Source: Carcharhinus longimanus
Lineage: Eukaryota
Length of the DNA: 64,000 nt
Direction of reading: 5' to 3'
Assembly: GCA_030264375.1 (NCBI GenBank)
Contig: JASCQW010000122.1
Span: forward strand, 33,024,550-33,088,549
Position 1 is the stretch's first letter; each line of letters begins with the position of its first letter. The position numbers and the translations under genes were made by a program. The notes under the pieces were generated by a model, which worked only from the letters and a program-made list of their open reading frames with translations, searched no databases and was not told the DNA's origin. Of the stretch, positions 37,706 through 49,455 are shown piece by piece.

Positions 37706-38059
37706 CAATCACCACCAGTCCTGACCCTTTCATCCATGGGCACCTGCTGACTGCAGTGTGCAAATGACAGGCACAAATGCCCATACTGGAGCCACACAAG
37801 CCATTCTTGGACTGCAGGATGGCCGTCTATACCCAGTGGAAACTTTCATAAAGCAAATCAGGCATTTATTACATGAATCAGAACACACAAGCAGAGAAAT
37901 ACTATCTGCTTAATCATCCTTGAGGCTCTAACTAGTCTTTTGACTTCCCCCATCATTCCAATCAAAGTCGTGTTCAAAGTGGTCACAAAGTCCTCCAGCT
38001 AATGGCTGGTTGTGAACAGACAAAACTCCAGTGGAACCTATAATTGTAAATATCAGTAA

Positions 38060-39015
38060 AGAAATAAAGACTTACATTTATATTGCACCTTTCACAACCT
38101 TGGGATATACAAAGCACATTACAGCCAATTAATTCTTTGTCTGAAATGTCATTACTGTCGTTTAGGAAACACGGCAGCCAATCTGCAACAGCAAGGTGAC
38201 ATTAACAGCAGTATGATAATGAGCAGATGATCTGTTTTTGTGGTGTTGATTGATAAATATTGGATAGGACTTTTTTTGTTCATTTATCAGACAGGGGCAT
38301 CGCTGTCTGGCCAGCATTTATCGCCCATCCCTTGTTACCCTTGGAGAGCAATGAGAGTCAACAACATTGCTGTGTCTCTAGAATCAGATGTCGGCCAGAC
38401 CAGCTAAGGATGGCAGATTTCCTTCCCTCAAGGACATGAGTGAACTAGACAGCTTTTTTCGACAATCAACAATGGTTTCATGGTCGTCAGTAGATTCTTA
38501 ATTCCAGATATTTTTTACTGAGTTCAAGTTCCATCAGCTGCTGTGGTGGGATTTGAACCCGGGTTCCCAGACCATTAGCTGAGTTTCTGGATTAATAGTC
38601 TAGTGATAATACTACCATGGTATTATCATGCCATGTGATCTTTTATGCCTACTTAAGAGAGGCAGACAGGCCTCAGTTTAACATTGTATCTGGAAATCAG
38701 CTCTTCCAACAGTGAGCACTCCCTCAGTACTGCACTGGTGTGTCAGCCTAGGTTTTGGTGCTCAAATCTCTGGGATTTCTGGCCTCCCTGTGTGCATTTC
38801 CCAGGTGCAGAAGCAGCGTGCCATTGGTTGACAGTGGGATCTTCCAGTCCCTCCGATATATATTGCATTTTGATTGGCTCATTCATCCTAACGTCAGAAA
38901 ACCCACCGCAAGGGTTTGATATCGGCCACACCAATGGATAGGGCTGGAAAATCTCTGTGATGGGGCTTGAACCTATAACCACCTGACACAAAAGTAAGAT
39001 TTCTGCCAACTTGAG
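38060..39015 (-). mobile_element. Deu-domain SINE containing a family-2 SINE (~38271-38625) and a MITE (~38772-38957)
   Basis: Deu tail AAAGACTTACATTTATATTGCACCTTTCAC, core ACAGTGAGCACTCCCTCAGTACTGCACTGG, B-box GGGCTTGAACC, with two intervening elements. Confidence 0.85.
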
Positions 39016-39216
39016 ACATGAACGAACAACTGGATTATTTTCATAACTTCAATTTATCAATTTGTGGTTGACAATAAATGCACTAGTACATTTAAGATGA
39101 TATTTTACATTTTCTACAATCCCACCAACTTAAATGCAGGGATTTCACAAAACCCTTTATACGCAGAAAATATTCATGTTATTTCTGGAAGCCACTGACA
39201 CGTGGGAGAAATGTTA

Positions 39217-39343
39217 AAAGCAAAATACTGTGGATGCTGGAAACATAAACAGAAAATGCTGGAAGATCTCAGCAGGTCTGACAGCATCTGTGGGGAGAGA
39301 ATAGACCCAACGTTTCGAGTCGAGATGACCCTTTGTCAGAAGT
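39217..39343 (-). mobile_element. Short Penelope-like element with hammerhead motif (copy E)
   Basis: Minus strand TTCTGACAAAGGGTCATCTCGACTCGAAACGTTGGGTCT; 10-bp TSD AGAAATGTTA at 39207-39216 and 39344-39353. Confidence 0.88.
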
Positions 39344-42300
39344 AGAAATGTTAGCCTTTTCCAAACAAACCTGATGTGCCTTTGTGTAATTTGCGCTCAC
39401 TGATCCAAAAGTAGAATTATAACTGACAAAAGTGTTTTTCATTTCTAAAGCTGGAGATTACAAACTTCAGGATTTTAAGCCAGTAACCATTGCCAACTGT
39501 TTCTCTAATACTTGTTTCACGTTATTTTTGAAATGGAAAATACACAATAAATAAACACGATCAGAATCTTGTGAAATCTATAAGGCAATGACGATCAGTT
39601 TGATGTTTTTTCTAACTATTGTCCTCCAAATTGAAAGTTTTTGCTGGTCTGTTTCCAAATCTTTTCTCTTAGACACTTGACCCCACTGATATGTGGAATC
39701 AATGAACCATATCACTATCATGAGAGTGCCAAGTACTGCATGGAAAATGACAGCAGGACATTATTTTATTCTGGCCAGATGCAGCCAAAAGTGAAAAAGG
39801 AAATGCATGAAAGAGAATGATTTGGAACGGACGGAATGGCTGTGTGAACTGGAACTCAATCTCTTAATAAGAGGCAACTTCTGAATACACTCATAAGGAA
39901 GTAACCCGAGGGCAGCTTCGAGGCTTAGCTTGACTTTATTGCCAAAAGCCATTTTTATTTGAACATAATGCTTGTTTCACAACCCTACTATGTCAGTGGT
40001 GCACTGAAGAATTAGCAACATGTCTTTTCATTTGGAACAGTTTTTCTTCTTTCAAAATACGTTCAGGCTGTAAGGATATTGCTGCTCAGAATTGAAAGGG
40101 TTAAGCAACTATGTGCTGTGAGTTGTGCTATTGAGAATCCCTGGAGAGCTGTGCATGTTTGGTTGGTGTTACTATAACTGACAAAGTTCTACAGACTGTG
40201 TCTGGTGGTACATTCCAATGTAATACAGGAGATGGCCAAGCAGGGGGTCCAGGAAAAGGCTAGACAGGGTCACTTCCCTGCTGCAAACAGGAACATTTGA
40301 TGGTACCAAACAAATTTAACTGCTATAATTTCTGAGTTCATAATTTTCCCATAAATGTCAGGTAAATGTTGCATGACGAAACAATTTGAGCCAATTTTAA
40401 AGTTATTAGAGAAATCAGTTATTAAGATAACGTTATCAAGATTCAAGCCCCTCCCTCAAACAAATTTAAACTCTAAACATTGCAAAGTTACCGAAGGGAA
40501 AATGTAGTTGCTTTAGTTGAATACAGCTCATTCATAAGCATACACAGCAACGACTACTTGTACAAAGGTATAGATATAAAGTACAAATACTATTCAAGCA
40601 CGTACATTTTATACAGCACTACTTGGGATTCAGCCAAATCTTATGTTATAATGAGGGGAACAGCATCAGAGAAGTTTTATTTAGTTCAGTGACATGCACT
40701 GAGGGCAACTTCGGGAGTATTTAGTTTTATCAGCATTGTTTTGCCAATACTTTAAATAGTAATTATTATTAAATAGAAAGCTGATTAAGCTAATCGGGCT
40801 CAAGCTAACTCACTACAGAGTCGTTCTTGTCTTTTTTATTTTTCCTTATAATCTTGTGTACAAATGTTCCATTTTGGGTGGTCTTTTCCAAGTAAAAATC
40901 ATTGTTCCTCCCAAATCCTGTACTCGTCCCAGTCTTAAAGACTGTTTGAGTTCTTTATCTACATTGCATCTGCTCAGAATACCAGACTGAGTTAGTTCCT
41001 TTCCCTATCCAATGTTGCTCCTACTCTCTCCATATTTTGTTGTACCATTACAAAAACCCAGGGTAACTACCATGGCATTTATTGCATTTATGATCTGTCA
41101 GTGAGCAGCTGCAATCCTTTCAATATAAAAGATGGCAGCAAAACGCCATGAAGCCAATAGCTCTGAGAAGTGGGATTCATTCAATACTGCTATAAATTCC
41201 AATAATATTATTTATAGCATTACATTTGGGTACATTGTCAGTATCATATGAGAAATTGACATTTTGCTCACTTTTGTGTTCAGAGAACAGGCTGGATGTT
41301 TTTTTGGGGAGAGGGGAGAGGGGGAGAACTTTTGATAATTCTGTCCTTAAACAACACTTAGCAAAAAAGAATTTTACTTTTGGGGAAAGCCATTTAGGAA
41401 TCCCTTTGAGGGCCATTTGGGTAGACCTCTCAACACTGAAAGAAAGTGTGCATGTTACACTTATTTCTTCTAGTAAGTTGTGATGAGAATTCTACAATGG
41501 GAGCTTGATTTATATATTTAAACTCACCCTTCTGTTTTGGGTGGGAATTTCTCACCGCCCCTTAAAGGTCTGATGGAAAGATGTTCCTAGTTACATGAGG
41601 TCCTCACCAGATTTTAACAACTGGTTGCTTGTTTTCAGGCAAGTAACAGGCGGACAGCAGTTGAAAGTCTCCCCTCACTTGTCTGCTAACACATACTGGG
41701 TCGTCCCTGTTCACCCACAACCGCTTTGTAATTAACTGGTAGTAATGTAGAACACTCATCTTTCTCAGGAACAGTGGCAAGAAAAATGACATAGATTAAT
41801 GAATATTTGAAATGAATTGCAAATACAAGCTATCACTTTTTTTGGACAAAATGAGTGCCACTGACCGGGAATGAACTCTGGAGTGCCTCCTCGAGTACAC
41901 TCTCTATTAATTAAAACATATGAAAAGTATGATTCTGTCTCTATTTATCCACTTAAGCACCATTTCAAGATACTTTAAACATAAGGTGAGAATCAGAGGT
42001 GACTTATTTATTACAATATACTCTTCAGATTCACTGGTTTAAAGTCACTGTGTTTCCACAAATATAAAATTGAAAAAAAACAAGGAATCCAGCTAAGTTT
42101 CTAAGCTTTGATCTTGCCTCAGACGGCAAAGCTTATCTTAATTATATTCTATACTGTAAAAGCAGTTTACAATTCATATTGTTACACAGCCAGACAGTAG
42201 TAGCTGTGCATGTACTACAGCGGAAATGTCCTCTTATTATTTCCACTTGATGGGGAGAAATCTACCGGCACATCATTTAAGATAAAGATCAGTCTCCTAA

Positions 42301-43685
42301 TTTGAATTCCAGACCTCTAGGCTCTACTCCACTGACATCTCTTCAGCATATGTGACATTTACCAGTGATACCATTATATCATTTCAAACTCAAGAGACCT
42401 GAAGGGAAGATGCAAAGACATATTAGAATACTGATTACATCAAAGGAAAAACTTTCAGGTTTTGAAAATATCTTAGAACAAAAAAAATTACCCTTTGGAT
42501 AATCTCTTTGCTGCAAATTAATTTTGCTTCAAATTAAGCCCGATTTTGTTTAACCTTTTGAGAGTGATCTAATGCTATAAAAACAACTTATCACCTGCTT
42601 GTCAGTAATAGCAAATTGAACTATTTATGGGGCATCAAGATAGGTCAATAGGCACAATTTTTACCTTCACCCTCTTTGAAAAGCTTAAGAAAGAGGGCAA
42701 CTGTCAATCTAACAGTGTGGCAATCATTACAGGTTTGCAGTGAAGCAGAAAAATGCTGTAATGAACAGGTCCTGCAGCCTTCTATCAGTCCATTCATCCT
42801 ACACTTTCAGTGCTCGAGCCTTCTGGCCTTGCTGAGCCACAAATCCCAATCCAGCTGTTTAACCCTATTACTAGTACATGATGGGCACTCCTGTCACTAG
42901 AATGGTTGCAACAGTCGGATGCGCAGAATCTATCTTTCAGACAGGTAAACCTGCAGATAATTTATTTTTATGTGTTAGTGAGCCTGTTGACAGGAGTCAG
43001 GTGGCATCTATAACACAAAATGTGTTTATGAAGTGCTTACATGTACCCGAACAGAGTCTGCACCAGTCTCCATCTGAGGCTGCGAGGAATAGAAATATGC
43101 TATTTAATTTCAGCTTCTGCTCATCTGTCCAGATAAAAGAGTGTGAATATTACTTCAGATTTAGTAGAAGTCCAATATGGCCATACATATCGCTGAAGCT
43201 ATTAGTGACACCTGGAATCATTCACATTAACTTAAAATCTTGCACCATAAATTTCTGGCATGAAATTTTGCCATTAAAGATTATTCTGAATTCTCATAAT
43301 GAATGGCTCAATGTTTTTGATAATGAAAATATACACTCTTCAGAAGGACTTGCATAATGTCTGGCTAATGAATGAAAAGAGATATGACATTTTCAAGATT
43401 TTTTTCAGGAGTTCCCTGCAAAAAGCAAAACTGTATTTATTTTGTGTTCCCACAGTACAACAAAAATACAACATCTCATTTAGCATTCAAAGTTATTATG
43501 ACCTAAAATACTTGTCATCATTCGAATCGATTGAGATGACAGGGATTTTTTGTAAATGATTTCACTTTTGTTGTTAATCTATTTGTACCACTCTTCATTT
43601 TTATCTATATTTTATTTCTGAATGCACTGTTTTAAATCTAGGTGGAGTATATATCAAGAATAATTTCCATGGTAAAGATTCTGAT

Positions 43686-43687
43686 AC

Positions 43688-43722
<35 letters not shown>

Positions 43723-43723
43723 C
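43686..43723. repeat. (CA)n microsatellite
   Basis: About 19 AC units with one interruption. Confidence 0.97.
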
Positions 43724-45211
43724 CAGTAATTTTCTTTACTGTAAAACGAAAGCTATTTTTCCCACATCTATTTGTTACAGCTATGGCAGTCAGCACAATC
43801 TGTTCAAAGTACATTTCACTGTCCTTCACCAAGTAGAACTGTTAGAGGAGACATTTTGCCTCTAACTCCTAATTCTCTCACCAGTTAACAAGAAGCTGCT
43901 CTTGATATTAAACCCTGCGAAATGAAAGTCGAGGATCAAATATTTTTCATAGTTTTATGTGGATGGTTTTATGAAAATTGCTCAAGTCTAAAAAGTCATA
44001 GCCTCAATGTAGCCAAGGTTAAGGATAATTTATCCATGATATTTCTAATTTTATTCAGAGCCCTTTTATTACTTTGCAGGCCTTTATGACTTTAAAGAAA
44101 ATGTCAGTGGAGGTAAATGACATGGTACTCAATAATCTACTCACAAGTTTGAAGGTATTCAAAAATATCTCGCATTACTTCAGCTATTTTCTACCAGAGC
44201 TTGCTCCCAAACAACAGTTTTGCACAGAATTTTGTTTATATTGTTTCCACTCTTCTTGCTTTTTCTTTCCTCGCCCCTTTACCACTTCTTCTCTCTAAAT
44301 GCTAATTTTTTTTTTAGCTGTGTAGCAGTGTGTTAATCTATTACAACTAATTAAAGTGTTGTAGCTAATACAATTTTACCTCTGAATTTTTTTTGCTTCT
44401 TGTATACAATTATTGTAGCCGGGGTAAATAAATCAATATTCCCAATCCAACTGTAAAAAACAATCAAGGAATGTACTGCTTCTCAGGGACAACACCAAAT
44501 AATATTTATTAACTCAGCTGCAATTCACTGAAGAGACTAATACCACTGAAGCATTCTCTGCAAGCGTAATAATAAACAAACGATGGAAGTGGCACATGCC
44601 AATAATTTCACCACTTTACATCCCACAGTAATTGTAGCGTTTAATGAGGAACAAAAAATATGCACTCTGTCAAATAATAAAGAACAAGCTGTATTCTGGA
44701 TAAATTAGCTTCTACACATCTATTACTTTGATGTCTTGAACAAACCCGATGTTGTTGGAAAATACACACCATGCAATAGAAATCTAACGCCTTGGTCTCT
44801 GAGCAAATATAGATTTTCTTCCCTTCGAGGAAGTCAACTTTTTAAAATTCTCCTTTTGCCGCAGATCTGATTTCAGCACACATTGTAGTGTGTGAGGGAA
44901 AAGCATTTCTGTAGCATAACATGCATTTGGTGTTGAGGATGCAACCATTTGAAATAGACGAATGCGTTTAGAACCACACTATTTTTTAAATGAGCTCTTT
45001 TCCGCACTTGTAATGAAGAAGTTATAATGTGAGTACTGAAAGTAAAAAGAACAAAATGATAAATCATAATAATTAGCTGATAACAAATCTGAACTCATGT
45101 TTAATTGGGATTAACCTCACCACAGAGCGTGTAGCATGAGGCGATCCCAAGTGCTAAAGCAATCTGCACCAATTTGATTCTATAAAAAGTTGGGCTGTGA
45201 TAATCATAGAA

Positions 45212-45525
45212 TCCCTACAGTGCAGAAGGAGCCCATTCAGCCCATTGATTCTGCACTGACCACAATCCCACCCAGGGCCTATCCCTGTAACCCTGCATAT
45301 TTACCCTTGCAAGTCCCCCCGACATTAAGTGGCAATTTAGCATGGCCAAGCAACCAAACCTGCACTTCTTTGGACTATGGAAGGAAACTGGAGCACCCAG
45401 GGGATGCCTACACACATGTGGGGAGAACATGCAAACTCTACAGAGACAGTCACCCAAGGTCGGAATTGAACCCAAGTCCCTGGAGCTGTGAGGCAGCAGT
45501 GCTAACAACTGTGCCAATGTGCCAC
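45212..45525 (-). mobile_element. HE1-like V-SINE, full length
   Basis: AATCATAGAATCCCTACAGTGCAGAAGG tail to GCAGCAGTGCTAACAACTGTGCCA head. Confidence 0.92.
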
Positions 45526-45589
45526 ATATATTATGTATGAATATTAGCATTGTTGTCAATGTGCATCAAATGTTTGCTTCATTTTCTGT

Positions 45590-45922
45590 CAGTATGGTAG
45601 CACAGTGGTTAGCATTAGGAACCTGAATTCAATTCCGGCCTCAGGTGACTGTGTGGAGGTTGCACGTTCTCCCTGTGTCTATGTTTCCCCTGGGTGCTCT
45701 GGTTTCCTCCCATTGTCCAAAGATGTGCAGGATAGGTGGGTTGATCATGCTAAATTGCCCTTTAGTTTACCAAAATATGTAGGTGGATTAGCCATGGTAA
45801 ATGCATGGGGTTACGGAGATAGGGCAGGTGTGGATCTGGATAAGGTGCTCTCTCAGAGAGTTAGTGGAGACTCAGTGGACCCACCAGCCTTCCTCCTGCA
45901 CTGTAGGGAATCCAAGACTCTG
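45590..45922 (+). mobile_element. HE1-like V-SINE
   Basis: GGTAGCACAGTGGTTAGCA head, V-domain, CTGCACTGTAGGGAATCC tail. Confidence 0.88.
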
Positions 45923-46627
45923 AGTGACTGTTAACAATATGGATTCCCTATTGAATGGAGGTCACTGAGAAGAATAAGCAAGTCCAGTGTGCATTCTCAG
46001 TGAATATGTGACTGCTGTAGTTTTGTAAGACACTTGGCCCCTCAAAGGCTTTCAATTCAGCATGTCATGATTTTATGGCATATTTACATATTCAAAAGAG
46101 GATTCATTCAAATAGTTTATACAAAATCTTTCAATGTGTTAACAACGCTATTCTTCATCATTCCATTTGACGAGTCCAGCATTGCAGATATTCTCTTCTT
46201 CAAAAATAAAAACGTGGTAATGTAGGAGTTGAAATAGGCATAAACCTTCATCAAAACATAGATACAGGAGATGAAAGTTTCCAGTTCTGCCGGCAGCAGG
46301 AAGCCTGGTGAGCAGGAGAGCTCAATTTGGGGTGAGCCATTGAGATGCCATCCGACTCCTGTCGACACTTCTGTGCTGGGCTCCTTTGGCTCTAACATCT
46401 GCTGCAACCTTTATAGTCAAACGTGAGGGTCTGCTGTTGCCATCCTGGGAAATAGCAGCTCCTGTCCTTCCTGGATGGGCTGGGGGAAGAGTCTCCACGG
46501 AATCTTTGCTGAATCATGGGGGCCACTCATTGTTGATTTCTCTCGGACATTCCTCCCCCAGTGCCAAAGGACTGCCACAATGAAGCTCCTCCCCTACAGT
46601 GAATGGAAGGCTGGCCTTTAAATATAG

Positions 46628-46795
46628 TAAAGGCAAAATACTGTGGATGCTGGAATCTGAAACAGAAACAGAAAATGCTGGAGAAACTCAGCAGGTCTGA
46701 AAGCATCTGTGGAGAGAGAATAGAGTCAACATTTGGAGTCTGGATGACCCTTCATCAGAGCTCTGATGAACAGTCATCCAGACTCGAAACGTTGT
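46628..46795 (-). mobile_element. Short Penelope-like element with inverted (head-to-head) hammerhead pair (copy F)
   Basis: 12-bp TSD CTTTAAATATAG at 46616-27 and 46796-807; palindrome centred at 46760/46761. Confidence 0.9.
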
Positions 46796-46799
46796 CTTT
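46757..46799 (+). ncRNA. Putative minimal type I hammerhead ribozyme motif
   Basis: AGAGCT-CTGATGA-A-CAGTC ATCCA GACTC-GAAAC-GTT-GTCTTT: intact catalytic core, 4-bp stem II, palindromic ACGT stem III, imperfect stem I. Confidence 0.65.
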
Positions 46800-47548
46800 A
46801 AATATAGCACTCAGACTTCTGACCCCATGAGGTAAGAGCAGAGTACCAACTTCCTGCCCACTGCCCCTGCCATGTGCTCCACGTGGATTCATGTTTAATG
46901 AACTGACCAGATCGCGGATGGTCAACAGTTGCCCCTACCCCGCCAAAAAAAAAAGAATCACTCCCACTGCCATGCCCACCACCAAACCTAGACTTCAGAG
47001 TAGATGATTCCACATCTGATAGCTCACACAGGATATGTTACTCAGAACTTTACAAACGTCTGTGGAATATTTTGAAAGACTTACTGCAAAAAACTGAGGT
47101 AGAAGAAGTAAAGGAGCTGTGCTACTAATAAATTAAAAAGAATCCCTTGCATGCCATGAGACAGAAACCAAATGGTTTTGAAGGTTTCTTTTAAGTCTGC
47201 TATTAGGTAATATAATTCCTTTGACATAAACCTTCAAACAAGACTCTCCAGAGCCTGGGATTTCAACAAAAGGATCCCTGGGATCTGGAAAACTACAGAT
47301 TTTTTTTATTTTTATATATTTGTTGACTTAATACCTTATGTATTTTGCAAATGTAACACTGCGTTCCTTTGGTTACCTGATAATATGTATTGGATGTTAA
47401 AACTAAGGTCAACAAATGTGGTAATTTTATAAGCTGATTCCTATTTGTAATAATTGAAAAGTTTCATCTCAAACAAGTTGCTAAGAGGCAAGTTTAACAA
47501 CATAATGATCATGTGATTCATTCTCCTTTCCCATCATTCTCCAAACTA

Positions 47549-48157
47549 TGGGTTGAATTTTACCAGTCGTCTGGAGACAGGCTGGGCGGCAGGGCGATTA
47601 GTAAAATGGAAGCAGGAAATATCCAAAGGGAAGCTGACACATTCCCACTGCCATGGGATATGATCAAAGGCAGGCATGGCAGTGGTTCGTATGCCTGCTA
47701 ATGGAGGTGAGTTGTCAATTAATGTCATTAATTCATCTACTGACTGCTATTTTCTAACTTTGCTGGGATTTAATGAGCCCCAGAATGGCCCTTGATACAC
47801 AGTGAGTCCACTAGCTTCCTTTGTGAAGAACCAGTGTTGCCACTGGAGGGGGTCATTCCTCCGGCCATTAGTGCTGCCTGCCTGGCCCCAGTATATACCA
47901 AGCATTTCATATGTAGCTGCCTCAATGTAGAGGTGCCTTGTTCTTCCCCCTGCAGCCTCAACAGCACCCACCTCTGAGTGAGCCAACGGCTCAAAGAAGC
48001 GGTGCTGTCATTAATTGGATGGTGGTTCCAGTAACAATTTCCTCATTGGCCATCACTGACAAAATTGATACCATCCTTTGGTCATTCATCCTCAAGGACT
48101 AGCAGCTGCTTTTAGCCCTGAGAGCAGGATGCCTTGATGTGCCAGTAAAATCCCAGA
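47549..48157. mobile_element. Old non-autonomous DNA element (Harbinger-like termini)
   Basis: GGGTTGAATTTTACCAG ... CCAGTAAAATCCCAGAC; interior similar in style to 2860-3410 and 50030-50720. Confidence 0.45.
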
Positions 48158-49014
48158 CTATGTATATATAAGGTACACTGACACGTAGTAAGGAGGTAGA
48201 AGGAACTGAACAAGAAATCTTGATGACCACTATAAATGAGTAGAAAGGGCATAAAGGTATTTAAGGACTAACTTTGCATTACAAGCAATTCAGATTATTG
48301 ATGACCCAAGTGGTTTTAGACACCGATTTTCCAGATTCTTCTCAATAGAAGAAAATCAGCAGGAACTGGGAAATGCTAGTACAGATCTGGACTGCTCTTG
48401 TAAAATGGAAAATTTTCACCCCCGTGTTTCTTAAACCTGGTTTTTTGCCTCTCCTAGGAAAGCACGCGTCTTTGGGATGGGATGGTGTCTGTATATGGTG
48501 GTGCAGAAGACATTGCAGATACGTGGGACAAGCTGATGGACAGGAAAACACTCTAGTCTATCATTGTGCATCATTACCACACAGCACAATCTTTCAAACA
48601 GTAACTGACACTTTAGTCAGCACAACCCCAATGAAGAAAAAGATATCTTACCTACGAAAACATTCTCTGACAGGTCAACCTAAAAACCTAAAATAAAAAA
48701 TCACATATTTTCTTGCAGCCACCAGTAATCAGTGGCCTGTTTACAATACACAGTTGTCCCTTGCAGTGTTACGATGTCACGTCAAGCTCAGTATTACAGC
48801 ACTAGCTCTTCATATCTGGGGATACTTGCAAAGTATTTGCCATTTTACAACTGCTGCAAACCAATTATCCCAACACTTTGGTTAATTTTGCTGATACTTC
48901 CTTAAGTAGTTCTGAGCTTGATCAGGGCATATCAGGTCCTAATCAAATGGGTACTTAATGTTCTGAGAGTAATCTTGATTTTTTTTCTCTTTAATGAGAA
49001 ACCAAGATGTCAGC

Positions 49015-49455
49015 ATTGAAAGAAAGAATGCATATTTAAATACCATCGTTCATGACCTCAGGACATCCTAAAGCACTTCATACTCAATGAAGTACCTTTG
49101 AAGTGTCCTAACTGTTGTAACATTGGGAAATGCAGCAGCCAATTTGCACACCACAAGATTTGACAATGAAATCAATTTAATCTGATCTTTCCTGAAGTTG
49201 GTTGAGTGAGAAATATTGACCGGAACACTGAAAGAATTTACTTTACCTTGTATAGTGCGATGGGATCTTTGACAACAGCCTGAGGAGGTAGAAGTGATCT
49301 CTGTTTAAAGTCTATTCCAAAAGACAACACCTCTGACAGTGCAGCATTCCCTTAGTAGTGAACTGGATTGCTAGCCTAGATTATTGCTCAAGTCAAGGGG
49401 ATTTGAACCAACAAAACTTTGACTCAGAAGCGAAAATGCTACAAACTTAACCACA
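49015..49455 (-). mobile_element. Deu-domain SINE, near full length
   Basis: AAAGAATGCATATTTAAATACC tail, CTCTGACAGTGCAGCATTCCCTTAGTA core, GGATTTGAACC B-box. Confidence 0.85.

Noticed and set aside
42878-43357. 159-aa plus-strand ORF
   Set aside because: No domain or compositional signature of a real protein.
48458-48600. Strong plus-strand acceptor followed by ESTRLWDGMVSVYGG..
   Set aside because: No recognised protein and no supporting neighbouring exons.
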